From contig OZ024742.1 in the NCBI GenBank assembly GCA_964016885.1, positions 188,356,001 through 188,420,000 of the forward strand: DNA of 64,000 nucleotides. Reading direction: 5' to 3'. The position numbers and the translations under genes were made by a program. How positions within the stretch are numbered: position 1 is the first letter of the stretch; the number at the start of each line of letters is the position of its first letter. The notes under the pieces were generated by a model that made no database searches, was not told the DNA's origin, and saw only the letters and a list, made by a program, of their open reading frames with translations. Source of the stretch: Eledone cirrhosa (lineage: Eukaryota). Positions 38,139 to 52,973 of the stretch are shown here, piece by piece.

Positions 38139-38693
38139 TCCTAACTACATACATACATACATACATACATACATACATACATACATACATACATACATAC
38201 ATACATACATACATACATTTAGACAGTTATACGTACAAGAACAACACTGTAATATACAGTTAAGTATATATATTTCTCAGATATATCAACTCTCATATAA
38301 CGATTAGATACATCCCGACGAGACAATAAACACTGTGTTTTTCATTATTGATTCCCTATTGCTTGCTTTCCTAATAGGAGGGAAAGCACTCGTGCAATGA
38401 CTAAGGGAGATAAATCAGCCTACAGAACGACACAGGTTATAATATCGTTTAAAATATATTTATCTTGTTAGCGATGGTTAAGATTTGTATATATATTTTG
38501 CTTTTAGTTTCATCGAACCCAGTGCATACATTTCCCCAATCTGTCACCTAGTTTATCGATCTATTTTCTTGTCAAATCTCTAAGTTCTGGAACACAGATT
38601 CATATACTAATGTGAACATATACACGCATTCACAACCACATAACCGCACGCGTACACGCTCAGACACACATATAATACACACATATATATATA

Positions 38694-38763
<70 letters not shown>

Positions 38764-38819
38764 TATATGTGAATGTATGTGTATATATGTATATATGTGT
38801 ATATATATATATACACACT

Positions 38820-38856
<37 letters not shown>

Positions 38857-38925
38857 TTATATACATATATGTATATATATATGTATGCATATGTATATAT
38901 GTATATATACATATGTATACATATG

Positions 38926-38962
<37 letters not shown>

Positions 38963-39040
38963 TTAATGAAAATATCTACACCCAGAATGAGGGAGCAGCC
39001 ATCGCCGTCAGCATAGTCGGTGATGCTAGCAATATCTCTA

Positions 39041-39074
<34 letters not shown>

Positions 39075-39169
39075 TAAGGAACGATCGACTTTCGTCAAAT
39101 CGGACCGAGGGAACAATGTTTCCGTTGGTCTTTCCAATTGCTAATACTATCTATCGGTTGCAACTCCAG

Positions 39170-39292
39170 GTAGAAGGAACAACGTGAAATAAAGTGTCTT
39201 GCTCAAGGACATAACGCATCACCTGGTCCAGGAATCTAACTCACAACCTTACAATTGCGAATCCAATTCTCTAACCACTCAGCCACACGTCT
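39170..39292 (-). mobile_element. Second tRNA-derived SINE family (relatives ~45690-45830 and ~52770-52880)
   Basis: Minus gtggctgagtggttagag (A box)...gagttagattcc (B-box-like)...gtccttgagcaagacacttt. Confidence 0.65.
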
Positions 39293-39293
39293 T

Positions 39294-39423
39294 TAGAAGA
39301 CAGCAAATATATGTGTAGGTATGTATATTTCCTCTGATAGTTTGTAAAATGTTTACATAGAAGACAGCATATATATGTGTAGGTATGTATATTTCCTCTG
39401 ATAGTTTTAAAATGTTTACATAG
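39294..39423. repeat. Tandem duplication of a ~64-bp unit
   Basis: tagaagacagca..tatatgtgtaggtatgtatatttcctctgatagttt..aaaatgtttaca twice. Confidence 0.85.
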
Positions 39424-39534
39424 ATCTATATGATATACATACCAACACACACATATATGTCCTGGAAACGATCGTAAAATGATGAATTTTTTAATATAAG
39501 GAACTGTTTCTTTGTTTTTGTTCATTGTTTTTAT

Positions 39535-39672
39535 TAATTTATCTTGACTCTGTTTTCGTGTGATTTTCATCGGAAAAGATTTTGAATACATTTTCTCTTT
39601 TCATGATATTTGAATTACATTGAGTTCTTCATACGGATTGGACACTACCCTATATTTTGGTAGATTTATCTA
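39535..39672 (-). repeat. TA-associated dispersed repeat (homologue 60288-60430 on +) with a degenerate HHR-like motif
   Basis: gagttcttcatacggattggacactacc matches the reverse complement near 60311-60339; minus atctttt-CCGATGA..GAAA-acagag-TC-aagat. Confidence 0.55.
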
Positions 39673-39686
39673 TATATCTATATATC

Positions 39687-39774
<88 letters not shown>

Positions 39775-39777
39775 TAT

Positions 39778-39860
<83 letters not shown>

Positions 39861-39944
39861 GATATATAGATATATATATGTATATATATATAGATATATA
39901 TATGTATATATATATATATAGATATATATATGTATCTATATATC

Positions 39945-40029
<85 letters not shown>

Positions 40030-40033
<4 letters not shown>

Positions 40034-40216
40034 TTAATATAGATGAGATTCTACAGGACTAGAACTGTTTCATTCATTATAAATCATCAGGAATGATTTC
40101 TAATGAATGAAACAGTTCTAGTCCTGTAGAATCTCATCTATATTAAAACTGTTATACTCTGCTATGTATTGAGTACCTTACTTACTGTGGTTACCTCCGA
40201 TTCAACCCGGAATAAC

Positions 40217-40217
<1 letters not shown>
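40030..40217. mobile_element. Fold-back + tail PLE-like end, family B
   Basis: Arms 40030-40092 and 40093-40150; the plus arm starts inside the HHR core. Confidence 0.78.
40048..40094 (-). ncRNA. Type I HHR, intact core
   Basis: attc-CTGATGA-t-tta-taat-gaa-t-GAAA-cag-ttctagtc-ctg-TA-gaat. Confidence 0.7.
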
Positions 40218-40255
<38 letters not shown>

Positions 40256-42062
40256 CAAATATATCTTCGAGCATGAGTACTCAATGCCGAAGTAGTTTTT
40301 AATATTATTCTTTATAATGGCTTAATGATGAGTATTGTTACTATGGAGTTATACTTGTATATTCACAGGATTATCAGATAAGACGTGTATGATGATCTTG
40401 TGAGTAGAGTATTGGATAACATGCTATAGCATATAGAAACGGTCCAGTACGTCCTGACTTCAAATCCCACCGCGGTTATCTTAGCCTTTTATCATTTCAA
40501 TGTCAATAAATTAAAGTGAAAGTCAAACACTGTGGTTAATTTCAGCGACTTCTCCCACCAATTTGCTGTTAGAACACATTGTTGTTATTGTTGTTGTTGT
40601 CAAGTGGTTCATGTGTACAGAGAATTTCATTTCAGAATATTTAGAATTGTGTTTGTATCCTACATCTGTTTATGTTTGACGTTGGGTTTGGTTTGGTGTT
40701 TCTGGTGTTTATTTTACTGACATTTGACACGTATCAATGAACTATTATTTGGGAAACTATGTATTTCTATGCAACAACCAAGCTAGAAATATTTCGAATT
40801 ATATATGCGTGTGTGCGTTGATGTTCTCTCTCTTTTCCCTCACTGTATCCGTCTAAATTCCTCATAACACTGATTTATAGCTCCCTACACCCTCATATTT
40901 AAGCAGGCATGAGGTTTTAGTTGTTGATTACCTTTATATCTCTATTCTATGAAATATTTATTCATAACGAGTGTTTAAATAATGGGGTTGATTTATTCTA
41001 CTTACTACTTCATTCAAAATATTTGAACTGAAATATGTGTGCCTGTGTGCGTTGATGTTCTCTCTCTTTCACTCACTGTTACCGTCTCTCTCGCTCTCCC
41101 CATCTCTCACGATTACATGCATTTGGGGGCCCACGCATCGGCCGCCCCGAGGCCCCGGTGGACAGAATAGAGTGGACAGTACAGAGTGATTGATATGCAT
41201 CACTATCTCTAATATCTCTTTGTGCTCTGATTTCCAATCCTGCTGTGACCTACTGTGTGAGACTCTTGATATATCACCATTACATCAACTCTGGGTGCCT
41301 TAGCTTGCAAGGATTAGGGCTAGGCCTCGATTTTAAGAGTTACTTCTGAGCTTCGACCTGACCACATGATTTGGGTTATGTTCCCTGCCCTTTATTGCCT
41401 TGCTAAATAGTAAAAACATGTCATTATCAAACATATTTTTGTTTTGGGGAAAGGTTGCGATAAGAAAGGTTCTATATATATGTTTACTGTATCCTGTTGA
41501 AAGCTCTCTGATTTAAAGGGGTTTTCCTCTTCACAGAATTAAGTATTTAATGCACTATAAAACATGTGACATTACAAGACGACAGAAAACAGATATGGAG
41601 GCGATTGTATCGTGATGAAGTTCATCTTCTTAGAACCAGAAGAGTGGTTGTGTTTTGATTTGAATTTGTTTCGGTAATTGTTTCCTTTATAATATAATTA
41701 CCTAATATGTGGTTTGGGCTAGATTAGATTTGTTGTATTTAGAGTTGTATCCGGAAATATTTAAACAGATTATTTTTGCTAATGTCTTAAAACGTCATTT
41801 TGTAAGTTTGTTTAACTTTTAAATCTTAGTTTTATCCAGATTATGTGGCTATATCTTCAACTTACTTTGAACTGTCAATTAACTCATCTCTAAAATGTAT
41901 ATGTGTTGTCGTCATCGCTGAATACTTGGAAATAAACATCATCTTATTCTTTCCTGCTTATTTGTTAGCTATGGTGTATTAGTTTTCCTATGATATTTCT
42001 ACACACACGTTGTGTACATACGTATACATATACATACATACACAGACACCGACACGCAGACG

Positions 42063-42102
<40 letters not shown>

Positions 42103-43419
42103 CGAGAGTGAGATAAGATACATATATATATATTTTTTATTATTATTTGCATAAAAATGCTACCTTACCTCCCTGAGTTCATGAAGAATATTATCTTTAT
42201 GTGTCGAATTCAATTTTAGATTTAATATCAAGCTTGGTGAAATTTACGACCATAAATAAAATAATCTAAATAAAGAAAATATTTATAAATTACTATTTTT
42301 TTTTCTATTCCTTCAGTTTTTCCTCTTTAAATCATGTGATCTCGAATTATCCATTCGTATCTATGTATTCATTTATTTCATGTCAGCTATTAAAATTTAA
42401 GCACTTTCAGTGTGAACATATCTAGCTGTAAAATGATTTATTGACCGAAGCTTAATTGGTCGTATAAGTAAGATATCATTGATAAATGGTGAAACTTATT
42501 TGACTTCATACATATTTAAAATTTGGCAGTATTGACCTAAACTTATTCTCGTTGTAATGATTATAGCAAGGGTCCTTCATCGTTTTCGGCGATGTGTGAT
42601 CCAGTTGTTTGATTAATGGAAAAGCTTGCTCAAATAATTAACGTATAAGTGTTTTAGTATTCCACGGACACTTGTATGTAACCTTAACGTAAATCTCAGG
42701 AAGATTCAGCGTGACAGAGTGTGTAACATGGCTAGCCATTTGAATTGAAGGCGGTGTATGTCCACCGGGCTTCCAACAGGTTCCGTCAACCGAATTTCAA
42801 TCACCAGTTACGAGTCTACTGGAAGGTACAGTGAATGAGACATGCCCACAACCATGCAGTGGGATTAGTGTGGGTGGAACGTACTTGTTAAACAGTCGGT
42901 GATGCTGCCGCCACAATGGTTATCAATAGTTAAGATAGACAATTGGATATATAGTGAACTCGATTAACCCCACAATGTGTGTCATCTTCTCCCAGTTACG
43001 CACCATATTTAAAACAAAAAGCTGTCAAACTTAGTTTGGCAAGCTGACAAACATAATTTTGAGATTTCTTGCCCTGGGAATATTACTAAGTTTGCATCCG
43101 CTACCTAAGTTTGATGATGATGTGAATGATAATGATGATGATGATGACGATGATGATGGAGATGATGATGAAGATGATGATGATGATGATGATGTCGATG
43201 ATGCATCGAAGGAAGATGAAGCGGCGGCATCGGAGGGAGAAGTAGAGAAAGAGTCAGAAATTTCCAATCGTCACTAGGTATTTTTGTTTCTTTCTGTTCA
43301 TGTATCTGTTGTGCCTCGATTATTAATCAAGATTCAGACTAAGTTGAAATACATTAGCAAGCCATTTTCAAAATATATACACCAACAAGCTTGTATTTAA
43401 AATATTATGTTATTATAAT

Positions 43420-43596
43420 TGTGTCTACATTTGGCTCAAGGCCAGCAATTGTACAGTAATTACTGGTACTTTATTTTATCAACCCCGTCACGATGAAAGG
43501 CAAAGTTAACCTCGGCGGGATTTGCACTCAGAATGGAAAGGGCCATAACTCTATGCATCAAAGCATCGCATCCGACTCTCGACCGATACTGGCAAT
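43420..43596 (-). mobile_element. tRNA-derived SINE
   Basis: Same family core and ends, diverged. Confidence 0.78.
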
Positions 43597-43880
43597 TGTT
43601 ATTATATCATAAAATGTGTATGGTATATATTATAGATACCGTCTGAGTAATTGTATATATTCAAACTGTAGCGCATAAGCCCGTAGAAAGATGAATTGGG
43701 CATATTTTTGGTGGGTCTATATAGATTCATACAAATGTATCAGCTATAAAATATAAATATTCTTCATCATAAGATAGAGTACAGATTATATGTAATTCCT
43801 GTTACATATCTTTATATAAGCACGCTCAAACTCACACCCACGGGTATATATGTATATATACATGTGTGCCTTTCTCCCCA

Positions 43881-43944
<64 letters not shown>

Positions 43945-43950
<6 letters not shown>

Positions 43951-44120
43951 ATTAAATAAATGGAAAACTATATTTATAAAACCATATTTATTTCATTATA
44001 TATATTTCGGGGATATCATATTAACAATATGCTATGCCTTCATCAGACAAAATCGAGTGCTTTTATATCAGTTATAAATATTCACTAGTTGTAACCCAAC
44101 AATTTTAAATATAACTTTCC
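43945..44120. mobile_element. Inverted arm + tail PLE-like end, family A
   Basis: Shares arm and tail with 17891-18040; flanked by (TA)n. Confidence 0.72.
43989..44053 (-). ncRNA. Minimal type I HHR, intact core
   Basis: attttgt-CTGATGA-aggcatagcatatt-gtt-aatatgatatcccc-GAAA-tatata-TA-atgaaata. Confidence 0.78.
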
Positions 44121-44161
<41 letters not shown>

Positions 44162-44185
44162 CATTTATATATATATATATGCGTG

Positions 44186-44216
<31 letters not shown>

Positions 44217-44271
44217 ATATATATATGTATATATATATATATATGTGTAAATATATATATATGTGTGTGTG

Positions 44272-44433
<162 letters not shown>

Positions 44434-46291
44434 TAGATATATAATAGCTAATGTCCTCGTAAACCCACGTATGTATCTTACGTGAATTTCTTTTTAATGT
44501 GGTTTAAAAACACATGTCGTATATTTGATTGACAAATGTCAAAACTTTTACATTGTATTTTAGTAAATGTCTATGCAAACATCACCATCCATTAACCTTT
44601 TCATTGACTTCTGTGACTGAATCAATGGACCTCCGTCAGTTTCGACAAAGAGTGTTCCAGCTGCTCGATTAAGTTACCAGACTGCTCCTGGGCTCATGAA
44701 ATTATCGTGTGAGTGGCTGTGTATTCCGTAAACACGCGTAACCTTAACATAATTCCTCGTGTAAAAGCAGGCCCTTTGAATTACAGGTATAGTCCATCTG
44801 AACGGCTTCCAAGCGGTTTCAGTCTATCCAGTTTCTTGTACATACATGGTATGGTCCTGAGGCCAGGCTAAGTTGCACATGTCCCAGTTACGATGTAGTG
44901 GAATCAAACCCATCACCTAATGACTACGAAACGAGCTCCTTAAGCATTCGTCTATGCAGAATTCACTCATCTGATTATTGCCCTCTCGTCTTAGAAAGAA
45001 GCAGTGACCTTGTAGTGGTCGTTCGACCTGATAAAATCCCTCAAACCACATTCTGCCATCTTTACAAGGGGAGTCTTTACTACAACATATAATTGAAGTG
45101 CTTGAACGACTTGCTAGATACAGTCACCAGATCGTTCAAATCGTATACTAACATTTTAACAGGAACTACACAAAACGTAAAGCAGTTACCAGTAAAATGG
45201 TTTGGTCCACGACTAGAACCTCCTATTGGAAATTGAAGCAAAATCTCTCAAGTCCAAATTGTCATGTTAACAAGGGAAATACATAGTTGAGGATTAATAA
45301 ATCGGATTTATCAGGAATGTACATCATAATAGGTATAAAGCATGAAGGCAGTTCTTTAGGAAGACGATAATTAATTTGTGTAGAAAATATGTAAATTAGC
45401 ACTATGGCTACGCAAATCCCAAACAAGACGAGATAATAAATAAATTTAAAAAAAACATTGAAATGCTAGAATGCTGTTTAAGATCACTCCAGAAGTTAAA
45501 ACCATTTAAGCAACATACTTCAGCGAAGACGTTAGATGCTGTTTCTTCCATTATACATGGAAAATCTTCATGAACGGCATTGTGTTACGACAAGTTTCAA
45601 TACAAATATGTTATGGAAGCTGGGTCGTGGGGGCTGTTCTGACCAAAACTAGGTGGTAATTTCTCACTCATAATTACTTTCTCGTTTGATTGAGTTAATG
45701 AAGGTGCTTAGACGTTACGGTGCAGTGATTTCGATCATAACATCGGGAGATCGATTCGCGAACCGGGTAGCGCGTTGTCTTCTTGTGCAAGAGAGTTAAT
45801 TTCACGTTGTTAGAGTCACCTCAACGGGAAAATATAACTTACGTCAATCGGCTTTTGTCTTTTCGTTGAATAACATAAGTATTGCAGGAGTATTTTTAAA
45901 ACTGCTTGTCTTTCACAAAGGTCTCTGCCTAAACTTATGATTCGGAAAGACAAATCTATAGTCTGTCCGTCATGGATGCATAAACACACGACCAATGATG
46001 ATCGCAGGAGGTTGTTACCTTTTTTCTCCTTTTCCTTAAGTTATATCTTATTCAAAAGGATTCCTTTTGTTTTAGATAATCATTAAATAATTCTATGGAA
46101 TGCTTTTGGAGTTATTCCAAAATATTTAACGTCTTGATACATCTGGTAACATATTTCCTTTCTTCTGGTATTCCTTTCATGCATGGCTCACATTTCGCTT
46201 TGTATCCATTTGTAAAATGCGTATTGCATTATAAAATATCTCTGCGTGCAAACATATGAAGTTGCTATGATGTTTGTTGTTATTACTGATA

Positions 46292-46347
46292 TTCTTCTTC
46301 TTCTTCTTCTTCTTCTTCTTCTTCTTCTTCTTCTTCTTCTTCTTCTT

Positions 46348-46378
<31 letters not shown>

Positions 46379-46530
46379 ATATTATTATTATTATTAGTGA
46401 TAGTATTTTTAGCAACAAGAGCACTAGTAGTAGTAGTAGCATCAGCATCAGCAGCAGCAGCAACGGTAGTAGTACTAGCAGCAATATCAACAGTAGTAGT
46501 AGTAGCAGCAGCAGCAGTAGTAATAGCAAC

Positions 46531-46563
<33 letters not shown>
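46292..46563. repeat. Compound (TTC)n/(ATT)n/(AGT)n/(AGC)n microsatellite
   Basis: Seen directly. Confidence 0.95.
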
Positions 46564-46564
<1 letters not shown>

Positions 46565-47235
46565 TATTTCTTTCATACGTTGCCGGTCCTATTTCATCGA
46601 TATTTACAGACTATAATTCAAGTCTATTTCCATGAACATCAAAATCAAAAGAGAGAGAAAGCAATTGCAGTTGCATCTAACTATTCAGTTAAGTTCTGAT
46701 AACGTCATTAATGCACCTCTTATAAAGATATATATAAGAGTAAGGTGAGGGTGATTCTAAAGTTTTCTTCATAGCATGTACTACAGTGTTATATCTTGTG
46801 TCTGCGTTTGTCTGCCAATATATCTCTATGTTTAAATTATCTCTATGTTTAAATGCATTACATTCAAAACATGAAAAAGGAAGAGCAAAGTCGAGAAAAT
46901 GTCTACCTTATTTAAACTTCGTTGTTGCATCTCAATATTTTTTTTTTAGATAAAAGTGGTGTGAATATCCAAAAGATAAAAATGATGACACACTTTCGAT
47001 ATTTCTCTTATCATTTCCTTCTGAAGAACACCCCCCTTTACATAATAATACATATCTAATAAAATATTTTCTAAACTTTTCCAGTACTTTCTTGTATTTC
47101 TTTTCATTCTTTCTTCAGATATCGAATATGTGATGGCACGATTGTTTGATGAGCAGATATGTGGGCGGATGACTTGACGTGTTAATACACACACATATAC
47201 AGACACACACATATGTATGTATATATGTGCGTGTG

Positions 47236-47341
<106 letters not shown>

Positions 47342-48160
47342 AAAGACGTCTGAACGAACGTGCTTCTGTATGCAAAAGGGAGTGCGCGCGTGTGTGTTTA
47401 ATTGATTTATATATATATATATATATATAGTATATACTTCTACCATACACATGGCTGTTATTTCTACAATATAAAAACGTTTTACAAATAGGTACGTTCT
47501 GTATTCAGGAAGCGATGATGAAGCAATTTTGGTTCGATTTGTTGTGTAGTAATTGAAAGACCGGATCAATAATATTTCCAACTTAACCAAACGTATCTTC
47601 TATTACTGTCCACTATATCACGGCCTGCACATATGTATTTGGAAGACGATGATGTCTGGTTCTTATATTTTCTCTACACTCGGTTCCCAAATAATAGCAG
47701 AGCTTTAAGAAGCGGATTATTTGTAATAAGTAGGGGTAGGTATTGGAAAATCGGTAATTTTTCTAGGTTGTCTCAGGTTTTTTTTTTTTCTAACCAGAAT
47801 TAGTCGTTTAGTTTTCATATTGAGACCCACAACTCATCTCATTTATTTTACAATATATGGGACTTTTAGTTATGTACATTTTTTGCCATGTAAAATCTCG
47901 CTGAAGATAAATTAGCAAAATTTTATAATCGGGAGTGGAGTGACAAAAGAGCGGATGCTAGTGGATAAAACCGGAAACATTATTAAGCAGCGAGGGGTCA
48001 CGATTATTGAAGACCCGAGAGTGTTCCAAGAAACTTTAGTGTTGTTGTTTCTCTAGTTGTTGTTGTCTTCGTAATTCGTCGTATTTTGTTGTGGTTGTTA
48101 TTGTTATGATCGTTGTCGGTGCTATAATTGTTATAATTGTTGCTGTAGTTTTCATGAACA

Positions 48161-48298
48161 GGTGGATTGGCAGTATCGGTAGAGTGTCGGACGCCATGCT
48201 GTCCAGCATAGTTACGTCCCTTTACGATCTGAGTTCAAATCCCGCCGAGGTTGACTTTGCCTTTCATCCTTACGGGTTCGATAAAATAAAGTACCAGT
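48161..48298 (+). mobile_element. tRNA-derived SINE lacking its 3' tail
   Basis: ggtggattggcagtatcggtagag...gagttcaaatcc...aaagtaccagt. Confidence 0.82.
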
Positions 48299-48922
48299 GA
48301 TGATCGTATCTGTGTGTGTGTGAGTGGGGGGGATAGTTTGGAGAGAGAGCGAGAGAGAGAGAGGGAGAGAGCGGGGATAGTAGAGGAGAGTGAGATAGAG
48401 GAGAGAGAGAGATTTATAATACGTATGTGAATGTGGTCTTATACATGACATGGCCGGATAAATTCTTTACTATTTCCTTGTACCAATGCATATAGAGTAT
48501 TCGTGGGTAAACTCGTTAATAAAACAAATTGGACATATCAAGGAACGCGTTGGCTCCAAAAATAAATGTCTTTGGTTTAAAACCGCCATCTCCGGTCTTA
48601 TTGAAATTTACCAGTAACTTGAAAGAATGTTTCCACTCCGCACTAGATATATTTCCTGGCAAATAGACCACAACTGGCTTCTGTTGTTGAGCATCAATAA
48701 TTATAATCCATTTAGTAGCCACCATTAAAGTATTAAAGTAGACTTTATGGTTTGTTCGAGCAACATCACCTCTGTTGTTTGTGAAGGCGGAGCTAGACTA
48801 GTTATTGTCTAACTTGTTGACAATACTCTCACACTAGATACTATTTGTTGTGTTTACTTAATGGCAGATATTGTTGAAAACACTGCGTCTCTTTTCTTGT
48901 ACGGTTATTATACTTTTTACAG

Positions 48923-48935
48923 AATGTCAACCATT
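48923..48935 (+). other. Candidate 13-nt microexon containing an ATG
   Basis: tactttttacAG|aATGTCAACCATT|GTAAGT. Confidence 0.35.
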
Positions 48936-49196
48936 GTAAGTACCTCACTTTCTTTCTCTCTGTCACCCTCTCTCACACTCTCTCTCACTTTATATGTATG
49001 TATGTATGTATGTGTGTATGTATGTATCTATGTATGTATATATGTATGTATATATGTATGTATGTTATATGTGTGTGTGTGTGTATGTATGTATTTATGA
49101 GTGTATGTATTTATGTATATATATGAATGTATTTATATATGTATGTGACAAAGCCAAATTTGGTATCTTCTACATACATACGTACATTCATAAACA

Positions 49197-49319
<123 letters not shown>

Positions 49320-49523
49320 TAATATGTATTAATGAATGCATATGTATCTATACAATTCAATATCAATTCTATTATGAGAATACATGTATAGCCCGATGTA
49401 TTTCCCATATTGAAAGGAAAGAGACGAGTGTTTCTAATGATGTTTATAAAGGTGATATAAATATTTGGTTATAAAATCATTAATATTTGTTAACTTTATG
49501 CAGATGATTATTATTATTATTAT

Positions 49524-49712
49524 TGGTGGATTGGCAGTATCGGTAGAGGGTCGGACGTCATGCTTTGCAGCACAGAGTTACGGCCCTTTATGGTCTGAGT
49601 TCAAATCCCGCCGAGGTTAACTCTGCCGTTCATCCTTACGGGGTCGATGAAATAAAGTACCAGTAATACGCTGGGATAATTGCTGGCCTTGTTCCAAAAG
49701 TAGAAACAATTA
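49524..49712 (+). mobile_element. tRNA-derived SINE, full length, within (ATT)n
   Basis: Family consensus; attatt on both sides. Confidence 0.88.
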
Positions 49713-49916
49713 TTATTATTTTGTTTTTTCCTTCCATATTTGTTTAACCATTGCTATGAATGTGGTCGGGGAATTAATATTCGCTGTCGTTAAATTTGCC
49801 AATAAATGTTTTCATTTATTTCTTGTTCTAATATTTATTTGGTGATAGTTTTAATATATAATCATGTCTATCTGTATAAATAGATGTCCATGCATACACA
49901 CACATACCCCCCCCCC

Positions 49917-49961
<45 letters not shown>

Positions 49962-50177
49962 AAATGATAAAAAGGATGATTTATTATGTCTTCATTACAT
50001 TTATTGAGCTGTGACATTTATTGAGCTTTGCGTGTACATGTATATATACATATATATTTGTATGTGTGTCTGCAACCGTGCGAGCGTGCTTGCAGGTCTC
50101 TTTGTGTGTGTAAAGGCGCATGGCTCAGTCGTGATTCACCATATGGAAGCATATATAATATTATGTATAATAAACAC

Positions 50178-50359
50178 GGTGGATTGGCAGTATCGGTAGA
50201 GGGTCGGACGCCATGCTTTCCAGCATAGTTACGTCCCTTTATGATCTGAGTTCAAATCCCGTCGAGGTTGACCTTGCCTTTCATCCTTACGGGGTCGATA
50301 AAATAAAGTACCAGTAATGCACTGGTGGATTGCTGGCCTTGTGCCTAAAGTAGAAACAA
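50178..50359 (+). mobile_element. tRNA-derived SINE, full length, 17-bp TSD
   Basis: ttatgtataataaacac at 50161-50177 and 50360-50376. Confidence 0.92.
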
Positions 50360-50650
50360 TTATGTATAATAAACACACTAGTAGTGTAATGCTAACACCA
50401 GACGTGTTAACACTATATGTAAATGAGCGTTACTAATCGATCTTTCATCCATAAAATCTATATAGGCATTAGCATATGTTATGTCAATAGCGAATGAGTA
50501 AATGTTACTGATAATGGAAAACAATCCAGAAATATATAGTTGTCGTCTTGCTGCTACTGAGATATTTGTGACATGATCATCCCCTAAGAAAAAAATCATA
50601 TCGTGGCTCTCGTATGTCTAACATACATAAACATATTGGAAATGTATGGG

Positions 50651-50757
50651 GAACTGTATACTATCAGATATGGTATATGGGTTCGATTATACCGTCTTCT
50701 TTGGAAGAAGACGATATGATCGAACCCATATATTACAACTGATAGTATACAGTTCTG
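50651..50757. repeat. Fold-back with ~50-bp arms
   Basis: gaactgtatactatcag..atatgggttcgat..cgtcttctt / aagaagacg..atcgaacccatat..ctgatagtatacagttc. Confidence 0.75.
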
Positions 50758-51267
50758 TAACTGCTATAGATCAGTTAATATATACCTATGATCCACCACC
50801 CGAAACAATCGTAAAACAATAAATGTGATATGTAAAATAACTTCCCTTTGTTATCATTGTTAAATGAAATAATAAGTAATATATCAGATTGTGTATCTGA
50901 AAGATTGACTCAGCAAAATACGGAAGCAATCACTGGATCTCACTGAATTACATGCTAACGGATTACATTGTGTTCTAACTACGGTATAGACCCCGCCACG
51001 AAAGGTACACGATATTGAATATATATATACATACATATAGTATCAATGCTTCAAAAAAGTCGAAAATTCGGCTTCGTACATTATATATATATATATATAT
51101 ATAAAATAAATGCCATTGTTAATTAATAAATAAATTAACTAATACCTTAACACTTCACACAGAGAAATATACTTTGTTTTAAACAATTTCTAACCCAGAA
51201 AAAAGAAAAAAAGAAAAGGAAGAAAAAATATTTTTCTTCCTAATAATCGTCTTTTTCTCCCTATTTT

Positions 51268-51319
<52 letters not shown>

Positions 51320-51527
51320 TAAACGGAATAGAAAATGCTGACAAATTGTTCACAGTTGAAAAATGATTTAATTAGGAATAAAAGAGTATTAGTAATTGTA
51401 TGGGTTAGTATTCAGTTGTGGTTTTAAGTTTTTAAGTTTTTACCGGTTGCGCATTTCTAAATGCTTTTCAAAAATAATTTTGAGATAGAGTGTCCGTGTT
51501 GTTTGCTCTGATCAGAGCAAACAACAC

Positions 51528-51649
<122 letters not shown>

Positions 51650-52146
51650 GTATTATTTGTTCAAATCGATAGTCTTGGGCCATGCAGGGACTCCACCGAT
51701 CATATATATATATTCAATCAGACGGATCTGTCGAAAGATAACCATTACTTAATAATTTTCTGTTTTATGGGCTACTTGTCTAAATGAGATGCTGATATGC
51801 TATCTCAATTTACCCCGTGATAATTCATATTATATTGATAAATACCACAGTATGACATATCGCATTTTAAATGATATCAAGATCGTTAGCTTTAAAGCTA
51901 ATTGCACCATATTCAGACGTTGAGTGCAACATAAAGAGAACTGTAGGCCAGAAGGACAATTGCGCTGTTAACCTTTCGTTGTATTGCAGCTATTAAGTCT
52001 ATTGGGATTAATACCACTGTTGTTCACGATCAAGAAGAATAGAATCGCTGACTGCACTTTAATGCTATATTTTAGTTAGGTTTTGAAATTCCTAAGAGAG
52101 GTACAACACAGTGCAGATGTTTCTAAAATCTATATATCTGGAGTTT

Positions 52147-52212
<66 letters not shown>

Positions 52213-52973
52213 ATAAATATATATATATATATATATACATACATATATATGACGTGGGGCGTTGCATTGTGTGTATGTATGTGTGTGTCAATCTAAATAA
52301 GTATATGTAAGTACATAGGTTTATATATATATATATAGGTGTGAGTGCATGGCTGTATATATATATATATATATATATACAGCCACCATGCACTCACACC
52401 TATGTACTTATATATACTTATTTAGATACACACACACATACATACATATACATATATACATGCGCTGAGAGACAATACCGTCCGGCTGTTGTAGAGTTCT
52501 CCTTTCATCTACATGACGTTGATAATAACGGAAGCAGCATTATATACAATCTATAATGCATCACCACCCACTATCATTCCTCACCTTCCCCCATGCCTCT
52601 CACCTCTCCTCTTCTTCCAATCACCTCTCCTCCGCCTCTTCTCTACCCCCCCCCCCCCCCACATTTCTTCACAATACTTGGTAAGAGAATTGACATTAAT
52701 ATAATTAAATATTATCTACGTTGAGTTGATAGGTCTGCTGATGTATATCATTGGCTTGATATACTTATAGATACGTGGTGGACTAATGGTTAGTGTGTTC
52801 GGCTAGCGACCGTAATGCCGTGAGTTCGATGCCTGTATACGAATTTTGTCCTTGAGCAATCTACTTTATTTTATGCTGCTGAGTGCGAAACATTAAAGAT
52901 GAATTAATAATGAAATATTTCTTAAATATCAATTCATTTAGAATTAATGTTTACCCTATCGTGGTAACTTGCA

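Noticed and set aside
43059-43277. Acidic 72-aa ORF (poly-D then SKEDEAAASEGEVEKE)
   Set aside because: Built on a (GAT)n tract; no clear acceptor and no recognisable domain
47015-47050. CTGAAGA box
   Set aside because: No stem II or GAAA follows
50178-50270. tRNA gene call for SINE heads
   Set aside because: A/B boxes present but no full cloverleaf; followed by SINE core and tail, and flanked by a TSD
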